Assembly: GCA_964526965.1 (NCBI GenBank)
Contig: CAZGML010000006.1
Span: 9,814-73,813 of the forward strand
Source of the DNA: an uncultured Sphaerobacteraceae bacterium
GTDB taxonomy: Bacteria; Chloroflexota; Chloroflexia; Thermomicrobiales; UBA6265
Direction of reading: 5' to 3'
DNA length: 64,000 nucleotides
A model generated the notes under the pieces. It saw only the letters and a list, made by a program, of their open reading frames with translations. It was not told the DNA's origin and did not search any database. Numbering within the stretch: position 1 is the first letter of the stretch; every line of letters begins with the position of its first letter. This document shows, in pieces, positions 56,447-64,000 of this stretch. Position numbers and translations under genes: made by a program.

Positions 56447-57415
56447 ATGTATCAGGACCAGGCCAGAGCGGATTTTGATCGCGCCCGCAACAAGCAAATC
56501 GTCAACGATTGGCTCAGCACGATTCGTCGACGTGAAAACCAGCTGGTACCTCTGCACGAAATCACCCGTCGACTCCGCCCCGAAAACGAATCCTATCGCG
56601 GCATGCAGGTGGTGCCGGTCGAGCGCATTGTTGGCAGCATGGATCGCTGGCGCGATTTTGATCGAACCTTCCTCCCAATCAACAAACGCTCCCGCGGGCG
56701 TTGGAGTCGAATAGATATCGCCCATTACCAGGATATCAACCTGCCCGCTGTACAGCTTTACAAAGTCGGTGATATCTATTTCGTGAAGGATGGCAACCAT
56801 CGTGTTTCCGTCGCACGAGAACGGGGAGTGGAGTTCATCGATGCCGAGGTAATTGAGGCACACGTGCGCGTGCCACTCAGCCCGGAGATGAGCACGCAGG
56901 AGTTGCTCATGCAGGCCGAGTATGCCGAGTTCCTCCGGCGTACGGATCTGGACGTCCTGCAGCCGAATCACGACATCCGTCCCACGCAACTTGGCCGGTA
57001 CGATGAGATTTGGGGGCACATCCTCGGTCACCAGGAGTGGTTGAGCTACATCTGGAAACGTCCCGCCACCATTCATGAAACCGTGAACGACTGGTACATT
57101 TATAACTACATGCCGATTGTGCAGACGGTACGAGATCGCAACGTGCTGAATCAGTTTCCCCGCCTGACAGAAGCAGATATCTACCTGTGGGTAATGCGGA
57201 ACCGCCGGTTGCTGGAAGAAGAGACAGGTGAAGACGTTGGGCCTGTCGCCAGCGCTGAGGACTACGCAGATTTCATGACTGAACCCAAAGGCTGCTGGGA
57301 TCGTATCTCCAGCCTCATCGTTGGGCGTGGTTCGTTCCGTTCACCCGATCCGGAAGAAGAGCAAACCCGCCGCGGCCAGCGCTTCCGTCGATGGCTCAAG
57401 CCCCGCGCGAAGTAG
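56447..57415 (+). CDS. ParB/Srx-like (DGNHR motif) domain protein with uncharacterised C-terminal domain
   Basis: ..LYKVGDIYFVKDGNHRVSVARERG.. resembles the ParB-like nuclease/Srx fold motif. Starts 1 nt after the upstream stop. Its TAG stop lies inside a repeat element. Confidence 0.5.
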   Translation: MYQDQARADFDRARNKQIVNDWLSTIRRRENQLVPLHEITRRLRPENESYRGMQVVPVERIVGSMDRWRDFDRTFLPINKRSRGRWSRIDIAHYQDINLPAVQLYKVGDIYFVKDGNHRVSVARERGVEFIDAEVIEAHVRVPLSPEMSTQELLMQAEYAEFLRRTDLDVLQPNHDIRPTQLGRYDEIWGHILGHQEWLSYIWKRPATIHETVNDWYIYNYMPIVQTVRDRNVLNQFPRLTEADIYLWVMRNRRLLEEETGEDVGPVASAEDYADFMTEPKGCWDRISSLIVGRGSFRSPDPEEEQTRRGQRFRRWLKPRAK

Positions 57416-57838
57416 GCCCGGGTCACGGCCGAGGCGCAGCCGAGAAGCGCAAGCGAGCCCTTATTCCCGGGCAATCGACCGCAGGTCGATAATGTCGAGC
57501 GACTTCGAGATTTTCGTCATTCGAGGACGTAGGCCCGGGTCACGGCCGAGGCGCAGCCGAGAAGCGCAAGCGAGCCCTTATCCCCGGGCAATCGACCGCA
57601 GGTCGATATCGTGTTCGATGGTCACCGCATATGAAATGCGGTGCTACCACGGCTGCCGGGATCGTATCTCCAGCCTCATCGTTGGGCGTGGTTCGTTCCG
57701 TTCACCCGACCCGGAAGAAGAGCAAACCCGCCGCAGCCAGCGCTTCCGTCGATGGCTCAAGCCCCGCGCGAAGTAGGTCCGGGTCACGGCCGAGGGTAGG
57801 CCCGGGGTTTATCCCCGGGCAATCGACCGCAGGTCGTT
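57290..57838. repeat. composite repeat locus: 145-bp direct duplication of the gene 3' end, two long-form and one short-form copies of the palindromic element
   Basis: 57290..57434 and 57651..57795 differ at 4 positions. Long elements at 57412..57490 and 57529..57607. Short element GTAGGCCCGGGGTTTATCCCCGGGCAATCGACCGCAGGTCG at 57796..57836. Confidence 0.85.
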
Positions 57839-57965
57839 AATGAAACCGTCGAGAAAGGTCGCTTTTCAGGATATATAACTGAAGCATGGATTAATAGTGA
57901 ACAGCTGGTCAACGGGTTATGTTCATACTCACAAACAAGGTTATGTTGTGCACATGGTCAAGGTA

Positions 57966-57994
57966 TTGACAAATGATTTACGATCCACTAGGGT
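57966..57994 (+). promoter_or_regulatory. possible sigma-70 promoter TTGACA-17-TAGGGT upstream of 58083
   Basis: Perfect -35 hexamer, 17-nt spacer, weak -10. Followed by the palindrome GGAATCGATTCC (58005..58016). Confidence 0.3.
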
Positions 57995-58082
57995 GATGTA
58001 TACAGGAATCGATTCCCGAATAGACCGGTCGCTGATTGGCAGCTCTAATGAGCAGCACTGAATCAACGAGGAGAGATCGGAC

Positions 58083-58490
58083 ATGAAGTCGCTGTCGCTA
58101 AAAAGACTTGTTATTGTTGCGGGATTCTTGCTTGCAACCCTTTATCCTGGTGGAGCGAATGCCGCAGTTGTAACCTGGTACGACGGTGACACAACAATCT
58201 ACCAATACATGTACTTTTACGCTGCAGATCGCACGGTATCTTACGACCCATACGGCATCGCCATTTACAAGTATGATGGCCCCGCCATGCTTTGGGTAAC
58301 GCACGACTGTGTGGGGAATGAAAATGGGTTTTCTGTGGTTATACCTAACGATGACCCAACCGGGTGGCATCATTTGAAGCCCAATGGCTCTGGCCCAACG
58401 AACTTCAGATTCTGCCTGGGAATCCAGAACTATGGCAGCAACCAGACTGACAGTTTCCATGCCATGATGGAATGGGATGGTACCAACTGA
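58083..58490 (+). CDS. small secreted protein of unknown function (Sec signal, 2 Cys, Tyr/Trp-rich)
   Basis: GAGGAGAG RBS. Signal MKSLSLKRLVIVAGFLLATLYPGGANA|AV. Mature part is about 108 aa. AT-richer DNA than the flanks. Confidence 0.6.
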   Translation: MKSLSLKRLVIVAGFLLATLYPGGANAAVVTWYDGDTTIYQYMYFYAADRTVSYDPYGIAIYKYDGPAMLWVTHDCVGNENGFSVVIPNDDPTGWHHLKPNGSGPTNFRFCLGIQNYGSNQTDSFHAMMEWDGTN

Positions 58491-58497
58491 TCGTACG

Positions 58498-58527
58498 CCG
58501 TGGGATGACCAAGTGGCCATCCCACGG
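58498..58527 (+). terminator. intergenic hairpin (attenuator or partial terminator)
   Basis: CCGTGGGATG-(10 nt)-CATCCCACGG between 58083..58490 and the downstream operon. No clear U-tract. Confidence 0.4.
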
Positions 58528-58551
58528 CCCTCTCTCGAAAGTTTCTGATCT

Positions 58552-59328
58552 ATGTTGTTTCGTTCTGTCCGAGGCCTGTGTGTTTGTATTTTTGTTCTTC
58601 TATTGCTGGCAGCTTGTGGCACGGGAAATAGTAATAATGGCGAGGATGTTGAGCCACCGCCGAGAACTGATGAGTCTGTGGACTCCTCGAGTGATTCAAT
58701 GGCACCGAATGAACCTCCGATGTCTGATGATCCAGCCGACCGTTTGCTTCGTACCGGCGAGCAGAGCACATTTACCGAACCATCCACGACCAGTCCTCAT
58801 ACCGAGCGACCCGAAACCTGTGAGAAGGAAGAGCCCGAAGGCGGCATGACCTACGATCAAATGATCGATCAGCAGATTTGCGCGCGGGATCAGTTTCTCT
58901 GGCCGCCGGAGAATTATCCGATTATCGAACCATCGTCAAACTTGAGGTTTGTCGGTGGAGGATTCGAAGAATTTTACGGGTATCAACCTATGCGGATTGC
59001 CTACGAATGCGCCTGGATTGAATGGTGGTATACGGCCTGGACAGTTGGTGACCAGGAACTTACACGCTCTATTGAAACGTGGTTGGAAGACGATGGTCTG
59101 GCGCACCTTGAGGAAGTTACCAGCTACAACCCCGACCGCGCCGCAAACACGATTGAAGGGATAAACCGTTTCCTGGATGCCGCGCGACTTGAAGATATAA
59201 ATGCTGTAAATGAGATTCGTCAGGGTACCTGTTCTGCCTGGACGTGGACAACCGCTCCCTCTTTCACTATCCCTCCTGACTTTCAGGATGATTCGGCAGT
59301 ATTCGCATACCGGGAATTCGCTGTATGA
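58552..59328 (+). CDS. lipoprotein of unknown function
   Basis: LLLLAAC lipobox, Ser/Asp/Pro-rich linker, Trp-rich C-terminal domain. ATGA overlap with the downstream MFP gene. Confidence 0.6.
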   Translation: MLFRSVRGLCVCIFVLLLLAACGTGNSNNGEDVEPPPRTDESVDSSSDSMAPNEPPMSDDPADRLLRTGEQSTFTEPSTTSPHTERPETCEKEEPEGGMTYDQMIDQQICARDQFLWPPENYPIIEPSSNLRFVGGGFEEFYGYQPMRIAYECAWIEWWYTAWTVGDQELTRSIETWLEDDGLAHLEEVTSYNPDRAANTIEGINRFLDAARLEDINAVNEIRQGTCSAWTWTTAPSFTIPPDFQDDSAVFAYREFAV

Positions 59329-60002
59329 AACGTCCGGCATTCCTCATGTTCGTTCTCGGGATTGTTATCGCTGTCGCGGTTTCCTCAGGTGTTAGCTGGC
59401 TGATGATCAACCATCAATTGGAAGATCGTAGCCTGACAGCTGTCCCTCCGCGTTCACTCAATATGGAGCAACGTGACGTAATTACTCTTGAGACGCGCGA
59501 CCTTGTTACCACGTTCTCAGCAGAAGGCACGGTCTTAATCGATAGTGATACAGACCAGGCAACACTCCGCGCCCCGGTGACTGACGATGAGGTGGCCTAT
59601 CAACTCATGGATTCTCCTGATAGCATCCGCGCGGAAATCTTTGGCGGGCCGACCGGATTTGACTGCGCGTGGGAAGGGCTTGTCGACAGCGAACAGGGGC
59701 TCATGATCGAGTGTGCCATTCCGGACGATATTCGCGTGGTCTCCGGTCTGCGCGGCCGCATGGTACTTCGCCTTGGCGATGTTCGCGAGGTCGAGGCGCT
59801 CCCGTTGTCGGCCGTTTTCGGAGCAAACCAAACTGGTGAGGTTGTGGTCCGACGTTCGGACGACACCCTCGAACGACGAGCCGTGGAACTGGGCGCATCC
59901 GACGGATCAGTCATCGAAATTACCGGTGGGCTTGATCCGAATGAAGAGGTACTGCTGTACCCGACCGCGTCTGACCTCCAGATAGCGGAAGAAGAATCAT
60001 GA
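59325..60002 (+). CDS. short membrane-fusion (HlyD/MacA-like periplasmic adaptor) protein lacking an obvious coiled-coil hairpin
   Basis: N-terminal TM anchor. C-terminal ..RGRMVLRLGDVREVEALPLSAVF..GEVVVRR..RAVELGASDGSVIEITGGL..EEVLLYP matches the beta-barrel end of MFPs. Only 225 aa. Confidence 0.55.
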   Translation: MKRPAFLMFVLGIVIAVAVSSGVSWLMINHQLEDRSLTAVPPRSLNMEQRDVITLETRDLVTTFSAEGTVLIDSDTDQATLRAPVTDDEVAYQLMDSPDSIRAEIFGGPTGFDCAWEGLVDSEQGLMIECAIPDDIRVVSGLRGRMVLRLGDVREVEALPLSAVFGANQTGEVVVRRSDDTLERRAVELGASDGSVIEITGGLDPNEEVLLYPTASDLQIAEEES

Positions 60003-60697
60003 GCTCATCACTCTTGCTGGCCTGTAACCTCACTGGAATCACAAAGTCATTCATCGAAGCAAATGGAAACCCGGTCACCATTCTCCGTCACATTGATCTC
60101 ATGGTGAATGCTGGCGAATCCGTCGCTATCCTCGGAGCGTCTGGCTCGGGAAAATCCACGTTGTTGAATATCCTCGGTCTCCTTGATGTGCCTGATGGCG
60201 GGGTCATGAGCATCGCGGGCATTGATACGTCTTCCCTCAACACCCGGGAGCGGGCTCGATTTCGAAATCGGCACGTGGGTTTCATCTTTCAGGATTTCAG
60301 CCTGCTCGACCACCGATCCGCACTACACAACGTCGCCGAGCCGTGTCTCTATGGCACGCGGCAAGATATTCGCGAGCGGTTTGGCCGGGCGCAAACCATG
60401 TTGGAACGCGTCAACTTGACACATCGTTTTCACGCAATGCCAGATACCTTGAGCGGCGGAGAGCAGCAACGTGTCGCTATTGCCCGAGCACTTGTGCGGC
60501 AGCCTGATCTGATTCTCGCCGACGAGCCGACTGGCGCACTGGATCATGATACGAGTACATCCGTGCTTAGTTTGCTGTTCGAGCAAAGCCGTCAGCACAA
60601 CTCAAGCCTGATTATTGTGACGCATGACCGAGAGGTTGCAAGCCACGCGGACCGCATGCTGACACTCGTAAACGGGGAACTGGTAACAGCAGTATGA
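59999..60697 (+). CDS. ABC transporter ATP-binding protein (MacB/LolD-type)
   Basis: Walker [10 protein letters not shown], signature [15 protein letters not shown], Walker [13 protein letters not shown]. Confidence 0.9.
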   Translation: MSSSLLLACNLTGITKSFIEANGNPVTILRHIDLMVNAGESVAILGASGSGKSTLLNILGLLDVPDGGVMSIAGIDTSSLNTRERARFRNRHVGFIFQDFSLLDHRSALHNVAEPCLYGTRQDIRERFGRAQTMLERVNLTHRFHAMPDTLSGGEQQRVAIARALVRQPDLILADEPTGALDHDTSTSVLSLLFEQSRQHNSSLIIVTHDREVASHADRMLTLVNGELVTAV

Positions 60698-61986
60698 ACG
60701 GTATGCTCCACCGGATCATAATCGCAGCCTGGAACGACCTCCGCGCGAAGCAAATGCGCGCCATTGCGGCCTTGCTCGGGATGGTCGTTGCCATTACCGC
60801 TGTAATAGTGTTGAACGCCGCTACCATACTGTCTCAAGCAGCGAATGAAGAGTTCGTCGCCCGGCAATACGGACGGCCAGCAACCGTCGCACTCATGGGC
60901 TCCGGCCAGGCGGATGCTCCTCAACAGCGCAGCATGGTTCGCGAACAGGAGAGCCCACCAACCACCGGTGAGGGCGGCGACCAGATTCTCTTTGCGCTCG
61001 ATCAAGAGCGGCTCCTTCGAACCAATGGTATCGAATCTGCGAGCCTTTTCGGGCGCACCAATCTCAACGTCATCTATCATGAGCAACTCTATTCTGCGGA
61101 AACCGCAGTCATATCTCCACGCTGGAACCAGATACACGTGGTAGAGCCGATTGCTGGCATATGGCCTGGTACAAACGTCATGGGCCACACGCCACGTGCT
61201 GTCGTATCCCCAGGATTTGCGTCGACCCTCGGCCTCTCTCCCGAATCAGCAATTGGCACGGTTTTCTTCTATGCCGAGTCTTCATCCACCAGTGGCGCCG
61301 AAAATGATCGACAAACTATGACACTGCGACCGGCGGTCATTGAAACCGTTGCCACCTGGTCTACTGGCGCGTCTCCGACACAGATCCTTCTGGTGACGGA
61401 AATGCCAGACTCGCTCGGATTGAACTTGCAACAAATTCGCGTGCTGGCAAACGTCCATCCAGACGATATTCCCATCCTTGAGGGTATGTATCAGCGTTGG
61501 GCAAGCACATCAAACTGGCATGTTAACGAAGCTGAGGTTGAACGTCTCGATCGCTTTACCGAATTAGGACCACTTCTGCGACAACAGGAGGTCACCGCCA
61601 CAATCGTGACTATCATTGCCCTGACTACTGCAGGATTCGGCATTCTCGGCGTGGGGCTGGCAAGTATTCGTGAGCGATCGAGGGATTTCGGAATTCGTGC
61701 CGCTTTGGGTGCCACGCCCGCTGATATTTTTTGGTCGGTCCAACTGCAGTCTATTTTCGAAAGTCTGGTTGCTGCGGTGATCGCTGTTCCGATTGCTGCT
61801 CTGATAGTGCTAGCGATTCCTCGTCAGTTGGTTGTTGCCGAACTCCCGCTCCCGAGCGTGACGCTCCTGCCGCTATCGAGCATTTTGCTCGGGGTGGGCG
61901 CAGCCGTGGTGGTGGGCTCCATCTCCGGTGTGTTACCCGCAGTTCGCGCGGCGCGCCTCAGCGTGATTCGCGCAGTTCGTTCATAA
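60694..61986 (+). CDS. ABC transporter permease (FtsX/MacB-type)
   Basis: N-terminal TM, large extracytoplasmic domain, and a C-terminal 3-TM FtsX-like block (..RERSRDFGIRAALGATPADIF..). Confidence 0.8.
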   Translation: MNGMLHRIIIAAWNDLRAKQMRAIAALLGMVVAITAVIVLNAATILSQAANEEFVARQYGRPATVALMGSGQADAPQQRSMVREQESPPTTGEGGDQILFALDQERLLRTNGIESASLFGRTNLNVIYHEQLYSAETAVISPRWNQIHVVEPIAGIWPGTNVMGHTPRAVVSPGFASTLGLSPESAIGTVFFYAESSSTSGAENDRQTMTLRPAVIETVATWSTGASPTQILLVTEMPDSLGLNLQQIRVLANVHPDDIPILEGMYQRWASTSNWHVNEAEVERLDRFTELGPLLRQQEVTATIVTIIALTTAGFGILGVGLASIRERSRDFGIRAALGATPADIFWSVQLQSIFESLVAAVIAVPIAALIVLAIPRQLVVAELPLPSVTLLPLSSILLGVGAAVVVGSISGVLPAVRAARLSVIRAVRS

Positions 61987-62055
61987 GCACGTGAGGCACC
62001 AACTTTCACGCAGCTTCTTACATCGAGCACCTATCGCCTTTCATGAGGCGCAAGG

Positions 62056-62886
62056 TCACATGACATCTTCCCCCATCAAATGCCATTTGAAAAACGGCAG
62101 GATAATCTCGCGCAGCCCCAACGGATCCGGATTTTCGGTGTAAATGCCGGCATCAACCGGGTGACCTTCCTCCGGATACTCCAGATACGTCATATCCACT
62201 CCGTGCTGCATCAATGCCGAGGTATACGCGCGCACCTGCCCGGCGGGGACCAGATCATCGGATCCACCCTGGATCACCAACTGAGGAACAGCGTCTCCCG
62301 AAACCTGCCAAAGTAGCGACGCCCGCCGCGCCAGCTCCGGCTGTTCAATCGGTAACCCTCCGAGCAAGCCAGTCACGCTCATCTCCGCCTCTTCATGCAC
62401 CGGCATGTTGCTGACGGCGTACCAATCCACCAGGAAATCGGTCGGAGGGCAAATCGGTACCGCGCACTGCACATCGCTGCTGGTCTCGAACTCGCCGCCC
62501 GCGTACCAGGCATCGCCATTCGTCACCGCACAGAGCGCAGAGAGGTGTCCGCCAGCGCTCGATCCCCACACCCCGATTTTCTCCGGATTGATGTTCCATT
62601 CATCGGCGTGGTCGCGCAGCCACCGAATCGCCGCCTTCACATCGTGGATTTGAGCAGGGAAGGGCGCCACATCCGTCAATCGATACTGCACGCTCGCGGT
62701 CACGAACCCCGCTTCAGCCAGCAGATCGTTGGCAGTTGTTGCTTTATCGCCACCGATCCAGCCACCACCATGCACGAAAAGGATCGCTGGTCGCGCCGGT
62801 CCAGAGGAACTCTCCGGAGCCAGAATATCCAAATTAAGTTCAGCACCATCCCGTGTGGCGTACGGTATATCTTGTTGTCTGAGCAA
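62056..62886 (-). CDS. alpha/beta hydrolase (esterase/lipase, HGGG type)
   Basis: Oxyanion FVHGGGW and nucleophile elbow GSSAGGH. The ORF extends to 62982, but I prefer TTG at 62886, 7 nt after GAGGA. Confidence 0.7.
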   Translation of the reverse strand: MLRQQDIPYATRDGAELNLDILAPESSSGPARPAILFVHGGGWIGGDKATTANDLLAEAGFVTASVQYRLTDVAPFPAQIHDVKAAIRWLRDHADEWNINPEKIGVWGSSAGGHLSALCAVTNGDAWYAGGEFETSSDVQCAVPICPPTDFLVDWYAVSNMPVHEEAEMSVTGLLGGLPIEQPELARRASLLWQVSGDAVPQLVIQGGSDDLVPAGQVRAYTSALMQHGVDMTYLEYPEEGHPVDAGIYTENPDPLGLREIILPFFKWHLMGEDVM

Positions 62887-63351
62887 ATGACAGTCCTCAA
62901 CGTCAATATAGAAGATTATCGAGAAACTGTGACTAAATGCATCGATAGTTGAGCTAGGAGTTGACATTAGGTATGTTGGCAAGTTCTGTCAGTTGTATAT
63001 GAGTTGGTTTGAGAACACGGAAGTTAGGAGTTCGGAGGTACCATATAGTTAAGGCTGACTGATCCAACTCTACAGCCTGATTTGCTTGTGGACATTCTTT
63101 TGAGGGTGTTCTGGTGAACTGGATTCGTTCAAATTGTGAAGACAGTGATCAATTGTGCCGAGCTAGATTCTTGAATCCATCTCCAAGAGCCACACCTACT
63201 TGTGGCTCCTGGAAAATTAGCGTTACTTCTCAATTGTAGAGCGAATAACTACTTGCTCATCATGGAACGTCGGAAACCGGGGAACTGAAGTGTAGTGAGG
63301 TGATGGCTTGAAGTGATGAGTGAAAACTATCAGATCTGGGGTAAGGGGCTC

Positions 63352-63615
63352 TCAGTAACATAGACTGTCCGGAACCTGGTACGAAGCGACGTAACTTTGT
63401 CCCCGACACAGCCCTCCATTGACCAGGTAAGTTTTCCATTGGGTCTGAAGGCAGTAGTGTCCAAATACACCATTGTAGACCCAGCGATTTGTGTAAACGA
63501 AATGACCGCATGGCTCGGGTACGGGTACAGGGTCTTGGCCAAACACCGCTTTGCCACCGGCAACAGCAGCCAGGGCACCACCGATAGCACTTCGGAAAAA
63601 GTCTCGTCTTCTCAT
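63352..63615 (-). CDS. small Tat-signal secreted protein with 4 Cys (87 aa)
   Basis: Strong RBS AAAGGAGATGAATA-ATG. MRRRDFFRSAIGGALAAVAGGKAVFG twin-arginine signal. Mature part is about 60 aa and Tyr/Trp/Cys-rich. AT-rich region. Confidence 0.6.
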   Translation of the reverse strand: MRRRDFFRSAIGGALAAVAGGKAVFGQDPVPVPEPCGHFVYTNRWVYNGVFGHYCLQTQWKTYLVNGGLCRGQSYVASYQVPDSLCY

Positions 63616-63735
63616 TATTCATCTCCTTTAGACGGTTGGTAATTGCTCTACGGTTGACGGGTGGTTGCAGCACCTCATGAATTAACGTAAAGCGGGTACT
63701 CCGGCGATGCGCAGGACATACCTTTGCAAAGAGTA

Positions 63736-63764
63736 TTGAGAAGTGACACTGTAGATACTATAAT
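63736..63764 (+). promoter_or_regulatory. sigma-70 promoter TTGAGA-17-TATAAT
   Basis: Near-consensus hexamers with 17-nt spacing, about 85 nt upstream of the ATG at 63850. Confidence 0.55.
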
Positions 63765-63795
63765 GTATTCATAGCAAGAAATCTATTATCGCATT

Positions 63796-63831
63796 TTGCA
63801 ATGTGTTGCGAACGCTCGTAACATATTGCAA
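63796..63831. promoter_or_regulatory. 36-bp inverted repeat TTGCAATGTGTT-N12-AACATATTGCAA (candidate operator or 5'-UTR hairpin)
   Basis: 12-nt arms with 1 mismatch between promoter and start codon. More TTGCAA-type motifs at about 63724 and 63826. Confidence 0.45.
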
Positions 63832-63849
63832 AGCTTCGGAGAGATACCG

Positions 63850-64000
63850 ATGGAATATCCAGCAATCGTTGGCAGGCAGAACAGATTTTGGCTCTTTGCC
63901 CTGAGTGTAGCGACGGTGGTCAACTCTGCTCTTGTGTTTCTAGTTTTGTCACGGCTAGGGCAACTGGTCACTTCCAAAGAAGCATCAATGTCCGGAAGGA
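63850..64000 (+). CDS. partial CDS, N-terminal TM segment (continues beyond window)
   Basis: My translation: MEYPAIVGRQNRFWLFALSVATVVNSALVFLVLSRLGQLVTSKEASMSGR.., no stop before the window end. GGAGAG RBS. Confidence 0.4.
   Translation, partial: MEYPAIVGRQNRFWLFALSVATVVNSALVFLVLSRLGQLVTSKEASMSGR

Noticed and set aside
57321-57776. 151-aa ORF spanning the repeat locus
   Set aside because: It is a read-through of duplicated gene tails and palindromic elements. The repetitive Arg/Ser/Pro-rich translation mirrors the DNA repeats, so it is not a credible gene.
57290-57795. Diversity-generating retroelement (VR at the gene 3' end plus a downstream TR)
   Set aside because: The two 145-bp copies differ only by 4 transitions (T/C, T/C, G/A, C/T) with no adenine-specific pattern. 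No reverse transcriptase or accessory gene is nearby. The repeat boundaries coincide with the palindromic elements.
63260-63673. 137-aa and 86-aa ORFs overlapping the Tat mini-protein gene
   Set aside because: They have no RBS or signal features. The 87-aa frame has a strong RBS and a canonical Tat leader, so only that frame was called.

Overview
GC-rich bacterial chromosomal segment with compact, often translationally coupled genes (ATGA or 1-nt overlaps) and GGAGG-type RBSs. Lipoprotein and Tat signals, a Bacillus-type caa3 oxidase operon and Cheo-type LexA boxes suggest a monoderm-like lineage, possibly Chloroflexota/Thermomicrobia-like or Actinomycetota-like; this cannot be proven from the sequence alone. 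Left to right: (1) 1-5.9 kb, minus-strand prophage-like module (portal, MuF-type zinc-ribbon fragment, 630-aa structural protein, endolysin, holin) with no terminase, capsid or tail genes in the window. (2) Housekeeping and accessory genes: pckA, DHA2 MFS pump, paralogous membrane proteins, NlpC/P60 hydrolase, split LplB/LplA lipoate ligase, polysaccharide deacetylase, ispH, FIST protein, argS-arginase. (3) ctaCDEF-ctaG caa3 oxidase operon. (4) Resistance cluster: arsR / arsM-acr3-phosphoesterase, GNATs, an SDR broken by one in-frame TGA, TetR plus MFS pumps, CopB-type ATPase. (5) msrAB, amino-acid permease, rhodanese-MoeB. (6) Two loci of a structured palindromic repeat family (51.1 kb and 57.3-57.8 kb), the second linked to a 145-bp duplication of a gene 3' end. 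(7) An EVE-domain gene with orphan neighbours. (8) Visibly AT-richer accessory DNA from about 57.8 kb to the end, encoding a small secreted protein, a lipoprotein-short MFP-ABC-FtsX operon, an esterase and a Tat-signal Cys-containing mini-protein. The observation I rate highest is a LexA-box-gated promoter plus intrinsic terminator that define a roughly 105-nt minus-strand transcript at 15.2-15.36 kb, a candidate SOS-inducible sRNA. No rRNA, tRNA, CRISPR array, integrase or transposase was recognised. All calls rest on reading the sequence and remembered family motifs; no searches were run.
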